Source: Candidatus Thorarchaeota archaeon (GTDB lineage: Archaea; Asgardarchaeota; Thorarchaeia; Thorarchaeales; Thorarchaeaceae). From it: a stretch of 42,712 nt of DNA. The position numbers were made by a program, and so were the translations under genes. Shown piece by piece: positions 8,970-18,903 of the stretch. The stretch is from NCBI GenBank assembly GCA_016839605.1, contig JAEOTX010000013.1:1-42712 (forward strand), read 5' to 3'. Positions within the stretch are counted from its first letter, which is position 1. Each line of letters starts with the position of its first letter. The notes beneath the pieces were generated by a model, which was given only the letters and a program-made list of their open reading frames with translations, was not told the DNA's origin and did not search any database.

Positions 8970-10682
8970 ATGAGCACCACGACAAGTAGCCTCCGTGATA
9001 AAGTCTGGAATGCGATTACAACTGTTGAGAGTCGAGGTCTCTTCGTTCATTCCACAGATCTCCCCATTCGGTTCAAGGAGAGAACACGGACTAGTGACAA
9101 GGTAGTAACACGACGTATACCTCAGATTGTTGGTGCCTGCGTTCTTAACACACTCGTGCCTCGTTCTGCAATGCTACTAGTGGGCGGACATGGAGGCGGC
9201 AAGACAACGCTAGTCAAACTTCTTGGGAGGATGATGACCGGGAAGAGTCTAGATGAGATCGATGATGGTATGCTCAGAGGCCACCCACAGCTTACTGAGG
9301 AAAAGATGGTGGCTACTCTTCGTCCTGGACCGCTCATGAAAGACGGTGTAGAGGTAGTAGTTTGGAGGAAGTTCGTGACAGGCTTTTGGAAGATGATTGA
9401 TGAGGTCAATAGGCTAACACCGCATGCCCAGAATATTCTCCTATCGATGCTCGCTGAAGGTGAGCTAAAATACTACGATGAGGTCAAGAAGTGTGAGGAG
9501 TATTGTCTATTCGCCACTCTCAACCCATCTGATGCTGGAACCTTTGATTTGGCTCCTCCTTTTCTGGATAGGTTCGGCATCGCTGTCCCCATAACTATGC
9601 CAACTATCAATGATCTTGAACTTATTCTCACAACACGAGACGAACGACTCTTTGGATATGATGAGTTGTGGCAGGTCCCAGCTATTCTCAGTGAAGAAGA
9701 CCTTCTCACAATCTGGAATCTAGCTGATAAGGTGCCTGTTTCAGCCAGAGCATCAGAATACATGCGCTCGTTGGTAAGGGAGTTTGGCGCTTGCATTCGC
9801 ACAGATAAGAGTCAGACTCATGAGCTAACTGTCGAAACTGGTCTGTGTGATGGCTGTCATTTCAATACAGCAAAGAGTGTCTGCAACAAGGTCATTATCC
9901 CTCTTAGTGTGCGAGCTGTGAAAGATCTAAATCGGTATACAAAGGCTGCGGCTTGGCTAGTTGGTGCTGGTGAGGTGGGTGTCGAGATAGTGAAATCACT
10001 AGCGCCACTTGTATTCTGGCATAGAACGCGTTTTACAGGTGACGAAATGGAACGGTCTCCTTTCTACGGTGATCGGTTCGCTTTCGCAAGTCAACTGGTA
10101 GAGCTTGCATCAACTAGGTTTGCTCAGCGAGAGGCAGCAATAGAGCTCATGGAGAAACTGAGGACTGGAACTGCTGATAAGGAGGCTCTCGATGAGCTTA
10201 AGGAAATGGGCAAGAGCGACCTCCTAGTCAAGATTGACTATGTGAACTTCGCAAAAGAGCTCAAGAAGAAGCGGTATGTGAAAATGATTCAGAGCATAGA
10301 GAAGGGTGTCAAAGACAAGGATGTGAGCAAGCTAACCGAAGTACACCTTGAGTTAATGAAAGACACTGACTTTCCCAACAGGAGTGTTCTGCTGAATAAG
10401 GTATCAGAATCTCTCCATAGACTTACGCTTTCCCAGTTCACCCTCACATTTGAACAATGGCAGGATCTTTGGACTGTAATCAGTCTGCGATATCCCCCAA
10501 TGACGCCCATTTTGAAAGAAACCCTTACACCCCCTAAGCGAAAGGTTGTTCGCACAGATGGACTCACTTTAGTCATCTATGTCACTGGGGATACCCCAGA
10601 ATCATCAGTCTTTCTCGAGATTTCGGGTGGTACTGACGCTTTAGAAATGAAAAAGGAGATTGAGTCAAACCTTAGCGAATAG
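8970..10682 (+). CDS. MoxR-like AAA+ ATPase with C-terminal extension
   Basis: Walker A GGHGGGKTT, Walker B MIDEVNRL, QNILLSML.EG, ATLNP..AGTF.L.PPFLDRF, lid SVRA; extra Cys cluster (C...CDGC...C). Confidence 0.9.
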   Translation: MSTTTSSLRDKVWNAITTVESRGLFVHSTDLPIRFKERTRTSDKVVTRRIPQIVGACVLNTLVPRSAMLLVGGHGGGKTTLVKLLGRMMTGKSLDEIDDGMLRGHPQLTEEKMVATLRPGPLMKDGVEVVVWRKFVTGFWKMIDEVNRLTPHAQNILLSMLAEGELKYYDEVKKCEEYCLFATLNPSDAGTFDLAPPFLDRFGIAVPITMPTINDLELILTTRDERLFGYDELWQVPAILSEEDLLTIWNLADKVPVSARASEYMRSLVREFGACIRTDKSQTHELTVETGLCDGCHFNTAKSVCNKVIIPLSVRAVKDLNRYTKAAAWLVGAGEVGVEIVKSLAPLVFWHRTRFTGDEMERSPFYGDRFAFASQLVELASTRFAQREAAIELMEKLRTGTADKEALDELKEMGKSDLLVKIDYVNFAKELKKKRYVKMIQSIEKGVKDKDVSKLTEVHLELMKDTDFPNRSVLLNKVSESLHRLTLSQFTLTFEQWQDLWTVISLRYPPMTPILKETLTPPKRKVVRTDGLTLVIYVTGDTPESSVFLEISGGTDALEMKKEIESNLSE

Positions 10683-10696
10683 GAGATTGCAGATAG

Positions 10697-12415
10697 TTGA
10701 CGGAAGCTCGTAGCTTGAGCAGAGGCGAATCATTGGGTCAGGTGGCCCGCCGCGCATGGGAAAGCGCTCTTTCAGACTTCTACTATCCACCGTTGCCTGA
10801 CGTTCACGTGGAACACATTGAGAATGCTAGCAGCTACTTCTATATTGAAACGGATGACTGGACTGTTCATCTCAACACTGCTGGTGTCCCACCACATCTT
10901 GATATGAACGAAGCAGAGCCCTATCTAAGGTCAGTCTGTCATCATGAGATTCAACACTACTTGGTCTGCCCCTATGATGCAGTGATGAATGGAATGATGT
11001 TTGCTGCAGCAAGACGTCATGTAAGCGACTCAACTGCATTGTTTGTGTGTAACCTGTTTGCTGACCTTGTAGTTGATTCTGCACTTCTTAAGAGATACAC
11101 CCGAATCACTCATTCTCGAATCACATCGAACATCTTTGGCTCTTCAATGATGGGCGAATCTCATAGTCCCCTGTGGCTATTGATTGTGTCCTGTTACAGA
11201 GCAATGTGGGGTTTTCCACTGCCATCAACCGTCAGTATAGACGAGGATACATACCAGGCTGCAGAGTGCATAATATCGATTAGCCGCAAATACATTGACA
11301 ATGAGAGAAGATGGCCAAAGGCTGTTGAGGAGATTGCAAAGATTGTAGCTGAATGGCAGCCTGATCCTGAAGAGCCCCTTGCAGGCTGCGGAGGACCTGC
11401 TGAGCCAGGTGAAGGAACAGATCCAGGAGCTGTTCTTATTCCTCTGGATGTGGATGCAGTAATGGGAAATCCTGTCGAGATCCGAAATGGTGATCGTGCG
11501 AAACGATGCATGACTGATACTGAGGACGAGGACCTCGAGAAGGAAATGGAGCGGCTAGCGGTTGAGGTGGAGCAAAGGGGTGGGGACCTCAGAGATTTGG
11601 AAGCTGTCTATCTGGTTGCTGGAATTGGTTCGAAACGGAAGCAATGGATTAGGTTCTGGTACAGGGCAAAGGTCCGCGGCCTCCTGAGGTTTGATGTGCG
11701 AGAGAGGAGAATTGCGGGCTCCACACCACTATCCATCCAAGTATGGCGCTTAGGAGATCCCCTTGAAGAGCTTGATGTTGTGCAAAGCCTACAAGCCTTT
11801 CCGATCCTAGTACCCAATATGTCTACTAGGCGTTGGTTCAAGACAGAGATGTATGGGGAGTTTGAATCTGAATCTCTTCCTGATCTGTTACTTGTGATTG
11901 ACTCCAGCGGCTCCATGACATGGTCGATGCGTGGCAAGACCGTATCTGGGCCATATCATACTGCGTTGGTTTCTGCATTTGCTGCAATGGATGTAGCGTT
12001 AAGAAAAGGGAGTAGAGTTGCGGCTATCAACTTCTCTGATGGCACTCGTGTATGTGAATGGACGAGAGAACGCTCAACCGTTGAGAAAATACTTCTTGCA
12101 TATCAGGGTGGAGGTACAGTTGGACCGATTAGGAAGATTTCAGATGCTTGTGATTCAGCTGGTTCAGGAGTAATGGTCCTCCTGATAACTGATGCAGAGA
12201 TAGCAAATTGGGGCCGTCTTGTCAAATCTATCGCCAAACTGACTCGTAGAGGACACAAGTATTTCATGTTTCATATGGAGTCGCCCGGTTATGAGATGGA
12301 AGACTCTATTCACGGTGCTCTTACTAAAGCGGGAGCTCATGCTATTCCGGTTGAGTCCGTGAAAGACTTGCCTGGTCTGGTCGTGAGAGAGGTTCGAAGA
12401 GTTTATGGGTTATAG
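10697..12415 (+). CDS. HExxH metallopeptidase-like domain + C-terminal vWA domain (DUF2201-like MoxR partner)
   Basis: HHEIQHY (HExxH) followed by NLFADLVVD; MIDAS DSSGS, GGT and ITDA motifs; AGGAG SD before the TTG start, 14 bp after the MoxR stop. Confidence 0.85.
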   Translation: MTEARSLSRGESLGQVARRAWESALSDFYYPPLPDVHVEHIENASSYFYIETDDWTVHLNTAGVPPHLDMNEAEPYLRSVCHHEIQHYLVCPYDAVMNGMMFAAARRHVSDSTALFVCNLFADLVVDSALLKRYTRITHSRITSNIFGSSMMGESHSPLWLLIVSCYRAMWGFPLPSTVSIDEDTYQAAECIISISRKYIDNERRWPKAVEEIAKIVAEWQPDPEEPLAGCGGPAEPGEGTDPGAVLIPLDVDAVMGNPVEIRNGDRAKRCMTDTEDEDLEKEMERLAVEVEQRGGDLRDLEAVYLVAGIGSKRKQWIRFWYRAKVRGLLRFDVRERRIAGSTPLSIQVWRLGDPLEELDVVQSLQAFPILVPNMSTRRWFKTEMYGEFESESLPDLLLVIDSSGSMTWSMRGKTVSGPYHTALVSAFAAMDVALRKGSRVAAINFSDGTRVCEWTRERSTVEKILLAYQGGGTVGPIRKISDACDSAGSGVMVLLITDAEIANWGRLVKSIAKLTRRGHKYFMFHMESPGYEMEDSIHGALTKAGAHAIPVESVKDLPGLVVREVRRVYGL

Positions 12416-12424
12416 CTTAGGATT

Positions 12425-13867
12425 TCATTCTTCTTCTTTTTCTGATGTCGGCTGTGGAAGACCCAGCAGCTCTGCATGAATTGAGCGTGCAGCTATTCTT
12501 CCTGCACCCATCGCTTCAATCACTGTGGCGGAGCCAGTCACGATATCTCCACCTGCCCAAACTTTCGAAATGTTTGTGCGATTGTTCTCATCAACAACAA
12601 TGTAACCCCATTTGTTGAGGTCAAGATCTGGCATTGTCTTGGTCAGTAATGGGTTGGCACCTGCACCGATAGAGATGATGACCTGATCACACTCAAATTC
12701 GAAGTTAGACCCCCCGATGGGTATAGGTCTACGTCTGCCACTCGCATCAGGCTCGCCAAGTTCCATGCGGATGCACTCCATTCCGGAAACCTTTCCATCC
12801 TTACCCAGTATTTTCACAGGGTTGGACAAAAGCTGGAACACAATGCCTTCTTCATCAGCATGATGGACTTCTTCTCCTCTTGCTGGTAGTTGTTCCCGTG
12901 CCCGTCTATAGACGATTGTGACCTTCGCACCTAGCCGCTTAGCTGTTCTTGCAGCATCCATTGCAACGTTCCCGCCACCAACAACACAGACGTGCTTTCC
13001 TTGAGGAAGGGGTGAGTCATAATCTGGAAACAGGTACCCCTTCATGAGATTGGACCTAGTGAGATACTCGTTTGCAGACAAGACCCCGTTGAGTTCTTCT
13101 CCTTCAATTCTCATGAACCAAGGAAGACCCGCACCTACCCCAATATAGACCGCATCAAATTCCTCAAGGATTTCATCCATCGTAATGGTCATTCCGGCAA
13201 CTACGTTCAACTCAAAGTTGACTCCTTGCTGGACTAGGTAGTCTACCTCTGCCGCAACAATTTCCTTAGGGAGTCGAAATTCAGGGATTCCATAAACAAG
13301 GACGCCGCCAGCTTCATGGAGTGCTTCAAATACTGTGACTGCATGACCTTGGAGGATGAGGTCTCCTGCTACAGTCAGACCTGAGGGTCCGGATCCAATT
13401 ATTGCTACTTTCTTCCCAGTTGGTTTGGGCTTAGGTGGAATCTCAACCAGATTGTTGTTCCTCTCATAGTCAGCCACAAAACGCTCTAGTGCTCCAATAG
13501 AGACTCCTCCATATTTCTTGAATAGAGTGCAGTCTCCCTCACATTGAGTTTCCTGCGGGCATACTCGTCCAGTGACTGCCGGAAGAACATTCGTTTCCTT
13601 GATTAGTTTGGCTGCTTCTCCAAATTTCCCTTCGCCAACCAGTTTGATGAATTCAGGTATTTGGACAGCAACAGGGCATCCGTGAACACAGGGTTGCTTT
13701 CTGCAATCAAGGCATCTTTTAGCCTCTTCCATAGCCTGTTCAGGGGTAAGCCCCAATGGGACCTCCTCGAAGTTTGCTGCACGTGCTGAAGGGTTCTGCT
13801 CAGGCATTTTGGCTCTGGGGATGGCCATTCGTTCCTTGGGTGTGAGTCCATCTTTCCTCTTGCTCAC
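12425..13867 (-). CDS. nfnB: NfnB/SudA large subunit (GltD-like NADPH flavoprotein)
   Basis: EAKRCLDC...CVHGCP, GRVCPQETQCE, GSGPSGL, YGIPEFRLP, GGGNVAMD, YRR, GGDIVTGSATVI. Confidence 0.93.
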   Translation of the reverse strand: MSKRKDGLTPKERMAIPRAKMPEQNPSARAANFEEVPLGLTPEQAMEEAKRCLDCRKQPCVHGCPVAVQIPEFIKLVGEGKFGEAAKLIKETNVLPAVTGRVCPQETQCEGDCTLFKKYGGVSIGALERFVADYERNNNLVEIPPKPKPTGKKVAIIGSGPSGLTVAGDLILQGHAVTVFEALHEAGGVLVYGIPEFRLPKEIVAAEVDYLVQQGVNFELNVVAGMTITMDEILEEFDAVYIGVGAGLPWFMRIEGEELNGVLSANEYLTRSNLMKGYLFPDYDSPLPQGKHVCVVGGGNVAMDAARTAKRLGAKVTIVYRRAREQLPARGEEVHHADEEGIVFQLLSNPVKILGKDGKVSGMECIRMELGEPDASGRRRPIPIGGSNFEFECDQVIISIGAGANPLLTKTMPDLDLNKWGYIVVDENNRTNISKVWAGGDIVTGSATVIEAMGAGRIAARSIHAELLGLPQPTSEKEEE

Positions 13868-14743
13868 TTAGGCCCCCTCCTTGCGATTCTTTGCACATTT
13901 ATTCACAGCGCCATCCATCTGGGTTCTGTAGAATTGGTATGCCATGTTTTCTTCTGCAACGTACGCATGTTTTCGAGCAAAGACCATGTCCCAGTTCACT
14001 TTGTGACCATCAAAATCTGGACCATCGACACAGGCGAACTTCGTATTGCCATCTACTTCCACCCTACAGATTCCGCACATGCCAGTTCCATCCACCATCA
14101 ACGTGTTCATGGCTACAATAGTAGGGATGTTGTGCTCCTTGGTGCCCCTTGAGGAAACCATCATCATGTATGTACAACCGATGAAATGGGCATAGTCGAT
14201 TTTGCCCTCCTTCTCTAGGATATATGGCAACGCTTCAGGAACATGTCCCCTGAGGCCTCTGGACCCATCAGCCGTTACAATGTATAATTCGTCAACTACT
14301 TCTCGCAGCTTCTCCTCATTATAGACGATATAGGTGGTGCGTGCCTCAAACAGCCCGATGACTCTATTGCCTGCCTCTTTGAATGCCTTTGCCAAAGGAT
14401 AGATGGCACCAAGGCCATAACATCCGCCACCTAAAAGGACAGTTCCGAATTTCTCAATCTTTGATGGTCTTCCTAGTGGTCCAACTAATGTATGAATAAC
14501 ATTGCCTGGTTTCATACGAGTGAGTTTCATTGTAGAAACCCCGGCTTCCTGATAGAAGATGGTGATAGTGCCATCCTCTGGGGACCAATCAGAGAGTGTG
14601 AACGGAATTCTCTCGCCGACCTCATCAGGTATTATTATGACGAACTGACCAGGCTTGGCTCGCTTGGCTATCACTGGCGCAGACAGAACAAGCCTATGCA
14701 CGTTAGGCACTACTTCTTCATTGATTATGATCTCCCCCTTCAT
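13868..14743 (-). CDS. nfnA: NfnA/SudB small subunit (ferredoxin-NADP reductase-like, [2Fe-2S])
   Basis: PGQFVII, GERIPFT, GPLGRP, MVDGTGMCGICRV, CVDGPDFDGH. Confidence 0.93.
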   Translation of the reverse strand: MKGEIIINEEVVPNVHRLVLSAPVIAKRAKPGQFVIIIPDEVGERIPFTLSDWSPEDGTITIFYQEAGVSTMKLTRMKPGNVIHTLVGPLGRPSKIEKFGTVLLGGGCYGLGAIYPLAKAFKEAGNRVIGLFEARTTYIVYNEEKLREVVDELYIVTADGSRGLRGHVPEALPYILEKEGKIDYAHFIGCTYMMMVSSRGTKEHNIPTIVAMNTLMVDGTGMCGICRVEVDGNTKFACVDGPDFDGHKVNWDMVFARKHAYVAEENMAYQFYRTQMDGAVNKCAKNRKEGA

Positions 14744-17049
14744 GAGACCACCTCCTTTGCCCTGGAAGCATGTTCTTTCTGTACTCGTTTGACAAGTTCA
14801 TCAAGCGTCTCATCAGAGAGCGGTGTGTCCCTTCTGGGCAATGCTTTGATGAACGTAGCCAAGTCCTCAATTCTCTCAGGAATGACTGCACCTCGATATC
14901 TCGGATACCAATCATTCTTCTCCTTGGATGCAGGTTTCCACGATGCTCTTCTCTTCTGTCCACCCACCTCAATGCTACGAGTGAAGTGTGAGAGCTCCTC
15001 CCAGATGTCTTCAGATGTTTGGTGGTCAAAGCCATCAGTACCGATTAACCTGCCCAGTTCTGCAAAGATTTGCCAGTCTTGACGAGCAGTACCTGGAGCT
15101 TTAGCAATCGGTTTCATTTTGAGTGGTTTCAACTCGAGATTGATGAATGTCCCACTCTCTTCCACAAAGGTCGTAGAGGGTAAGATCACTGATGCCATAT
15201 CTGACCACTCTGAAGGATAGGGTGACTGGTAGATTATGGTAGGTATCTTCTCAAAGCCCTCAGGTGATATTGAACCGTCTGCAATATAGAGCATGTCTAA
15301 TTCGCCCTTTTGGGCTTTCTGTCGCATTTCCACTAGATGCAGTCCATCTGATAGGTTTCCACCACCCCAGGCCTTCTCCAAGAGTGCTTTGGCCTCTTTG
15401 ACAGTAATGGAAGCAGGACCCGGTAGCATCTCAGGCCGTAATCCTGCCTTTATGACGCCAGCCTCGTTTCCTAATGGAAACAATGGAAACAATGCGCCGT
15501 CAACTCCAGCAAGTCGGACAAGTGCACGAAGTGAGAGGCCTGGTTCTATGCTCTCTAATATCCTTGGTCCAACGAGAACTGCTCCTTTTCCTTTCCCTGT
15601 GATTTCAACAAGCTGCTGAGCCTGAGTATATGATGTCCCCGGAATCTTTTTACTGTGTTCTGCGAGATTGATTAGGAGTTTTTGGATGTCCTTTCCTTGT
15701 ACAGATACATGGACTGTGGACCATCTATGAAGGTTGGCACCTGCATCACCAATTACAATGAGCGGCTTCCCCTGCCTTACTTCTTTGTAGACTTTCTTCG
15801 CCACCACCTGATGGTCTTTTACAAAGTCGCCTCCTACTGAGATGATCCAGTCTACCTCTTTCAAGTAGTCCAGTTCACGGATCCTCGCAAAGTCTTGGTC
15901 CACAGCTAATTCCTTGTGAATCAGTGCGGGGAAGTCTGATCCTTGAAAATCGACGTTAGGACTCTTGACGCCGGCTCTGGCTAGCTTGTGAAAAACGTAT
16001 GCTGATTCTGAACTCATCTGAGGGCTTCCAAGGAATCCAACTCTCTCTGGGCTAGCTTCTTTGAGTAACCGAGATACTTCGCCAAGTGCCTCCTCCCAAG
16101 ATACTGGCACTGAATCTCCTTCTTTCCTCAGATGTGGGCTTTTTATCCTATCCGGAGCATTGACCAAGGAGGGTATACAGAACCTGCCCAAGACGCACAT
16201 ATGTCCGTGATTTGGGGCGCTTTCAAGGGCTCCAGGTTCAGAACCCATCACTCTTTCCCACTTGATGGTAAATTGGGTCTGGCAGCCCATGCTACAGAGC
16301 ACACAGGTTGATTCCTCAACTGAATCAGGTGCTCCAGTCCATTTGGTCATTCGTGGCTTTAGGGATCCTGTGGGACAGACATCTATGCATGCTCCACAGA
16401 ACCAACATCCACTATCAATGTGTGAAACACCAAACGAGGTGTCGACTCTGGTTTCATGGCCTCTTTTTACGAATGTTATTGCTGAAGTTCCCCGCACATC
16501 ATCACAGACTCGAATACATCGAGCGCAGAGGATGCACAGGTTATAATCTCTATCGAAGAAAGGATCTTCACGCTCGACATCAATTTCCTTGTAGCCTGGA
16601 AGATAGTCAAGATCCTTGATACCTAGGAACTCTACGACTTCTCGAAGCTGGCATGTGTAACGGTTAGGACATGTTGTACAGCCTGTGACTCTTCCTGCTT
16701 TGTACGGGTCTGGGCGGTACTTGTTGCAGCCCTCCTGCTCAGCGCAGACCATGCATGCGCTCGGGTGTTCCATCAACAACAGTTGCATGATGTTCCGCTT
16801 GAGAGTCATTAAATTGTCAGTAGCAGTCTTGACCTCCATTCCATCTTTGGCTGCTGTTGTGCAGGCAGGTGGGAATCCTCTCATTCCCTCTACTTCCACA
16901 ATGCACATTCTGCATCCACCATGGGACTCTAGCTCGTCATGGTCACAGAGGGTTGGTATATAGATGCCAGACTCCCTGGCTACATCGAGGATGGTTTTCC
17001 CCTTTTCCTCAAACTCTATCTTCCTACCGTCAATGAATATAGTGGCCAT
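14740..17049 (-). CDS. NuoG/HydA/FdhA-like multi-Fe-S subunit with degenerate molybdopterin-oxidoreductase fold
   Basis: IPTLC, CRMCIVE, ACTT, H..ACMVC, CILCARCIRVC, CWFCGACIDVCP, CVLCSMGC...MCVLGRF; no H-cluster motifs; the FDH catalytic C/U region is replaced by NVDFQGSDF. Confidence 0.88.
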   Translation of the reverse strand: MATIFIDGRKIEFEEKGKTILDVARESGIYIPTLCDHDELESHGGCRMCIVEVEGMRGFPPACTTAAKDGMEVKTATDNLMTLKRNIMQLLLMEHPSACMVCAEQEGCNKYRPDPYKAGRVTGCTTCPNRYTCQLREVVEFLGIKDLDYLPGYKEIDVEREDPFFDRDYNLCILCARCIRVCDDVRGTSAITFVKRGHETRVDTSFGVSHIDSGCWFCGACIDVCPTGSLKPRMTKWTGAPDSVEESTCVLCSMGCQTQFTIKWERVMGSEPGALESAPNHGHMCVLGRFCIPSLVNAPDRIKSPHLRKEGDSVPVSWEEALGEVSRLLKEASPERVGFLGSPQMSSESAYVFHKLARAGVKSPNVDFQGSDFPALIHKELAVDQDFARIRELDYLKEVDWIISVGGDFVKDHQVVAKKVYKEVRQGKPLIVIGDAGANLHRWSTVHVSVQGKDIQKLLINLAEHSKKIPGTSYTQAQQLVEITGKGKGAVLVGPRILESIEPGLSLRALVRLAGVDGALFPLFPLGNEAGVIKAGLRPEMLPGPASITVKEAKALLEKAWGGGNLSDGLHLVEMRQKAQKGELDMLYIADGSISPEGFEKIPTIIYQSPYPSEWSDMASVILPSTTFVEESGTFINLELKPLKMKPIAKAPGTARQDWQIFAELGRLIGTDGFDHQTSEDIWEELSHFTRSIEVGGQKRRASWKPASKEKNDWYPRYRGAVIPERIEDLATFIKALPRRDTPLSDETLDELVKRVQKEHASRAKEVVS

Positions 17050-18890
17050 TATTTGGCACCTCCAATTTCACGAGCCAACTCACTATGAGCTGGTATCTTC
17101 ATCACCGCATCAGCCTTAGGAGGACAGACTTCGTAGCAGGCACCGCATTTGATACAGAGATCCTGCTGGATGTGATGAATCACATCTTTCTTACCCTGCG
17201 CTGCACCTGTTGGGCAGATTCTCTTGCATGCGCCACATGCAGTACACTTCTCGGGGTCAATGACAAACTTCACCAGTTCTTTGCATACCATAGCAGGACA
17301 GGTATTGTCCTTGACGTGAGCTTCGTACTCATCTCTGAAGTACTCAATAGTTGTGAGAACTGGGTTGGGTGCATTCTGACCCAGCCCACAGAGAGAACCG
17401 TTAACAACGGTATCACAGAGCTCGAGAAGTTTCTCGATATCTCCGTCTTCACCTCGCCCTTCTCGAATCTTATCGAGAATGCGAAGCATCTGAAGTGTTC
17501 CCATCCTACAGGGTGTGCACTTGCCGCATGATTCTTGCTGTGTGAACGACAGGAAATATCGTGCGACATCCACCATGCAGGTCGTTTCATCCATGACTAT
17601 CATTCCGCCAGAGCCCATGATAGCTCCAGCTTCTCTAAGAGAATCAAAGTCCACAGGAAGGTCAAGCTTCTCTGCTGGAAGACATCCTCCTGCGGGACCT
17701 CCAGTCTGAACCGCTTTGAAGGTACGATCTTCCTTGACACCACCTCCAACATCAAATATGATGTTTCGAAGTGTCGCTCCCATGGGCACTTCAACTAGAC
17801 CGGTATTCCTGACTTTTCCAGTCAGTGAGAATATTGCAGTTCCAGGACTTCCTTCAGTCCCGATTGACTTGAACCATTCCCACCCCTCCCTTAGGATGAC
17901 TGAGGCATTAGCTAGGCTCTTGACATTGTTGATTACTGTGGGTTTGCCCCATAAGCCCGACTCAGTCGGGAATGGTGGTCTTGGTCTGGGCATTCCTCTT
18001 CGCCCCTCTATGGAAGCCATGAGAGCTGTCTCTTCACCGCAAACGAACGCGCCCGCGCCCTCCATCAGATGAATCTGAAGGCTGAACTTGGAACCCAGAA
18101 TAGACTCTCCCCAGAATTCTCTCTCGTAGGAGTCCTTCAGTGCTTTCTTCAAAGACGCGACTGCAGCTGGATACTCATGTCGAACATAGACATAGGCCTC
18201 ATCTGCTCCAATGGCATAGGCACAGATTGAAAGGCCTTCCAGCACAGAATGGGGGTCCGCCACAAGAATTGAACCATCCATAAAAGCTCCTGGGTCTCCC
18301 TCATCAGCATTACAGATGGCGTACTTCTTATGCCCGGGGGCATTTCGGCCCAGCTTCCATTTCAATCCAGCAGGAAATCCTGCGCCTCCTCGTCCTCTGA
18401 GTCCTGAGTTCAGAACCTCATCTACTACTTCTTCAGGCGACATTTCTTTGAGAGCACGTTCAAGTCCCTTGTACCCTCCAACTGCCAGATAGTCATCAAT
18501 GCTGCCCGGATCAATATGTCCCGAGTTCTTCAACACAACTCTGTGCTGTTTGGAATAGAATGGTATATCCTTGTAGTGGGGGATTCTCTCTCCCTCGGGA
18601 GACTCGTAGTAAAGCCTCTCCACTGGCTCTCCCTTGATGAAGTGTGAAGTGACAATCTCAGCAATGTCGTCATCACCCACCTGGCAATAGAACAATCCCT
18701 CAGGTTCAATGGCAATGACAGGAGCCTGCTGGCATAGACCATGACACCCAATTCTAGTGATCTCGACCTTGTCCCCAAGTTTCTTTTTCTTCACTTGTTC
18801 AGCCAGTTTGTCATAGAGTAAGTCAGACTTGGCGGACTCGCAGCCTGTTCCGAGACATACTAGAACCTCAATTTTCTCAGATTCGGTCAT
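17049..18890 (-). CDS. NuoF/HydB-like NAD(P)H:FMN subunit, electron-bifurcating architecture
   Basis: N-terminal CLGTGC/GCHGLC [2Fe-2S] domain, GLRGRGGAGFP, CNADEGDPG, GAGAFVCGEETAL, SCGKCTPCR, EAH...CPAMVC, C-terminal 2x[4Fe-4S] ferredoxin domain. Confidence 0.93.
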   Translation of the reverse strand: MTESEKIEVLVCLGTGCESAKSDLLYDKLAEQVKKKKLGDKVEITRIGCHGLCQQAPVIAIEPEGLFYCQVGDDDIAEIVTSHFIKGEPVERLYYESPEGERIPHYKDIPFYSKQHRVVLKNSGHIDPGSIDDYLAVGGYKGLERALKEMSPEEVVDEVLNSGLRGRGGAGFPAGLKWKLGRNAPGHKKYAICNADEGDPGAFMDGSILVADPHSVLEGLSICAYAIGADEAYVYVRHEYPAAVASLKKALKDSYEREFWGESILGSKFSLQIHLMEGAGAFVCGEETALMASIEGRRGMPRPRPPFPTESGLWGKPTVINNVKSLANASVILREGWEWFKSIGTEGSPGTAIFSLTGKVRNTGLVEVPMGATLRNIIFDVGGGVKEDRTFKAVQTGGPAGGCLPAEKLDLPVDFDSLREAGAIMGSGGMIVMDETTCMVDVARYFLSFTQQESCGKCTPCRMGTLQMLRILDKIREGRGEDGDIEKLLELCDTVVNGSLCGLGQNAPNPVLTTIEYFRDEYEAHVKDNTCPAMVCKELVKFVIDPEKCTACGACKRICPTGAAQGKKDVIHHIQQDLCIKCGACYEVCPPKADAVMKIPAHSELAREIGGAK

Positions 18891-18903
18891 AGTTCACCCT
18901 CTC

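Noticed and set aside
14740-17049. Formate dehydrogenase or [FeFe]-hydrogenase catalytic subunit; possible selenocysteine
   Set aside because: No catalytic Cys, no in-frame TGA and no H-cluster motifs
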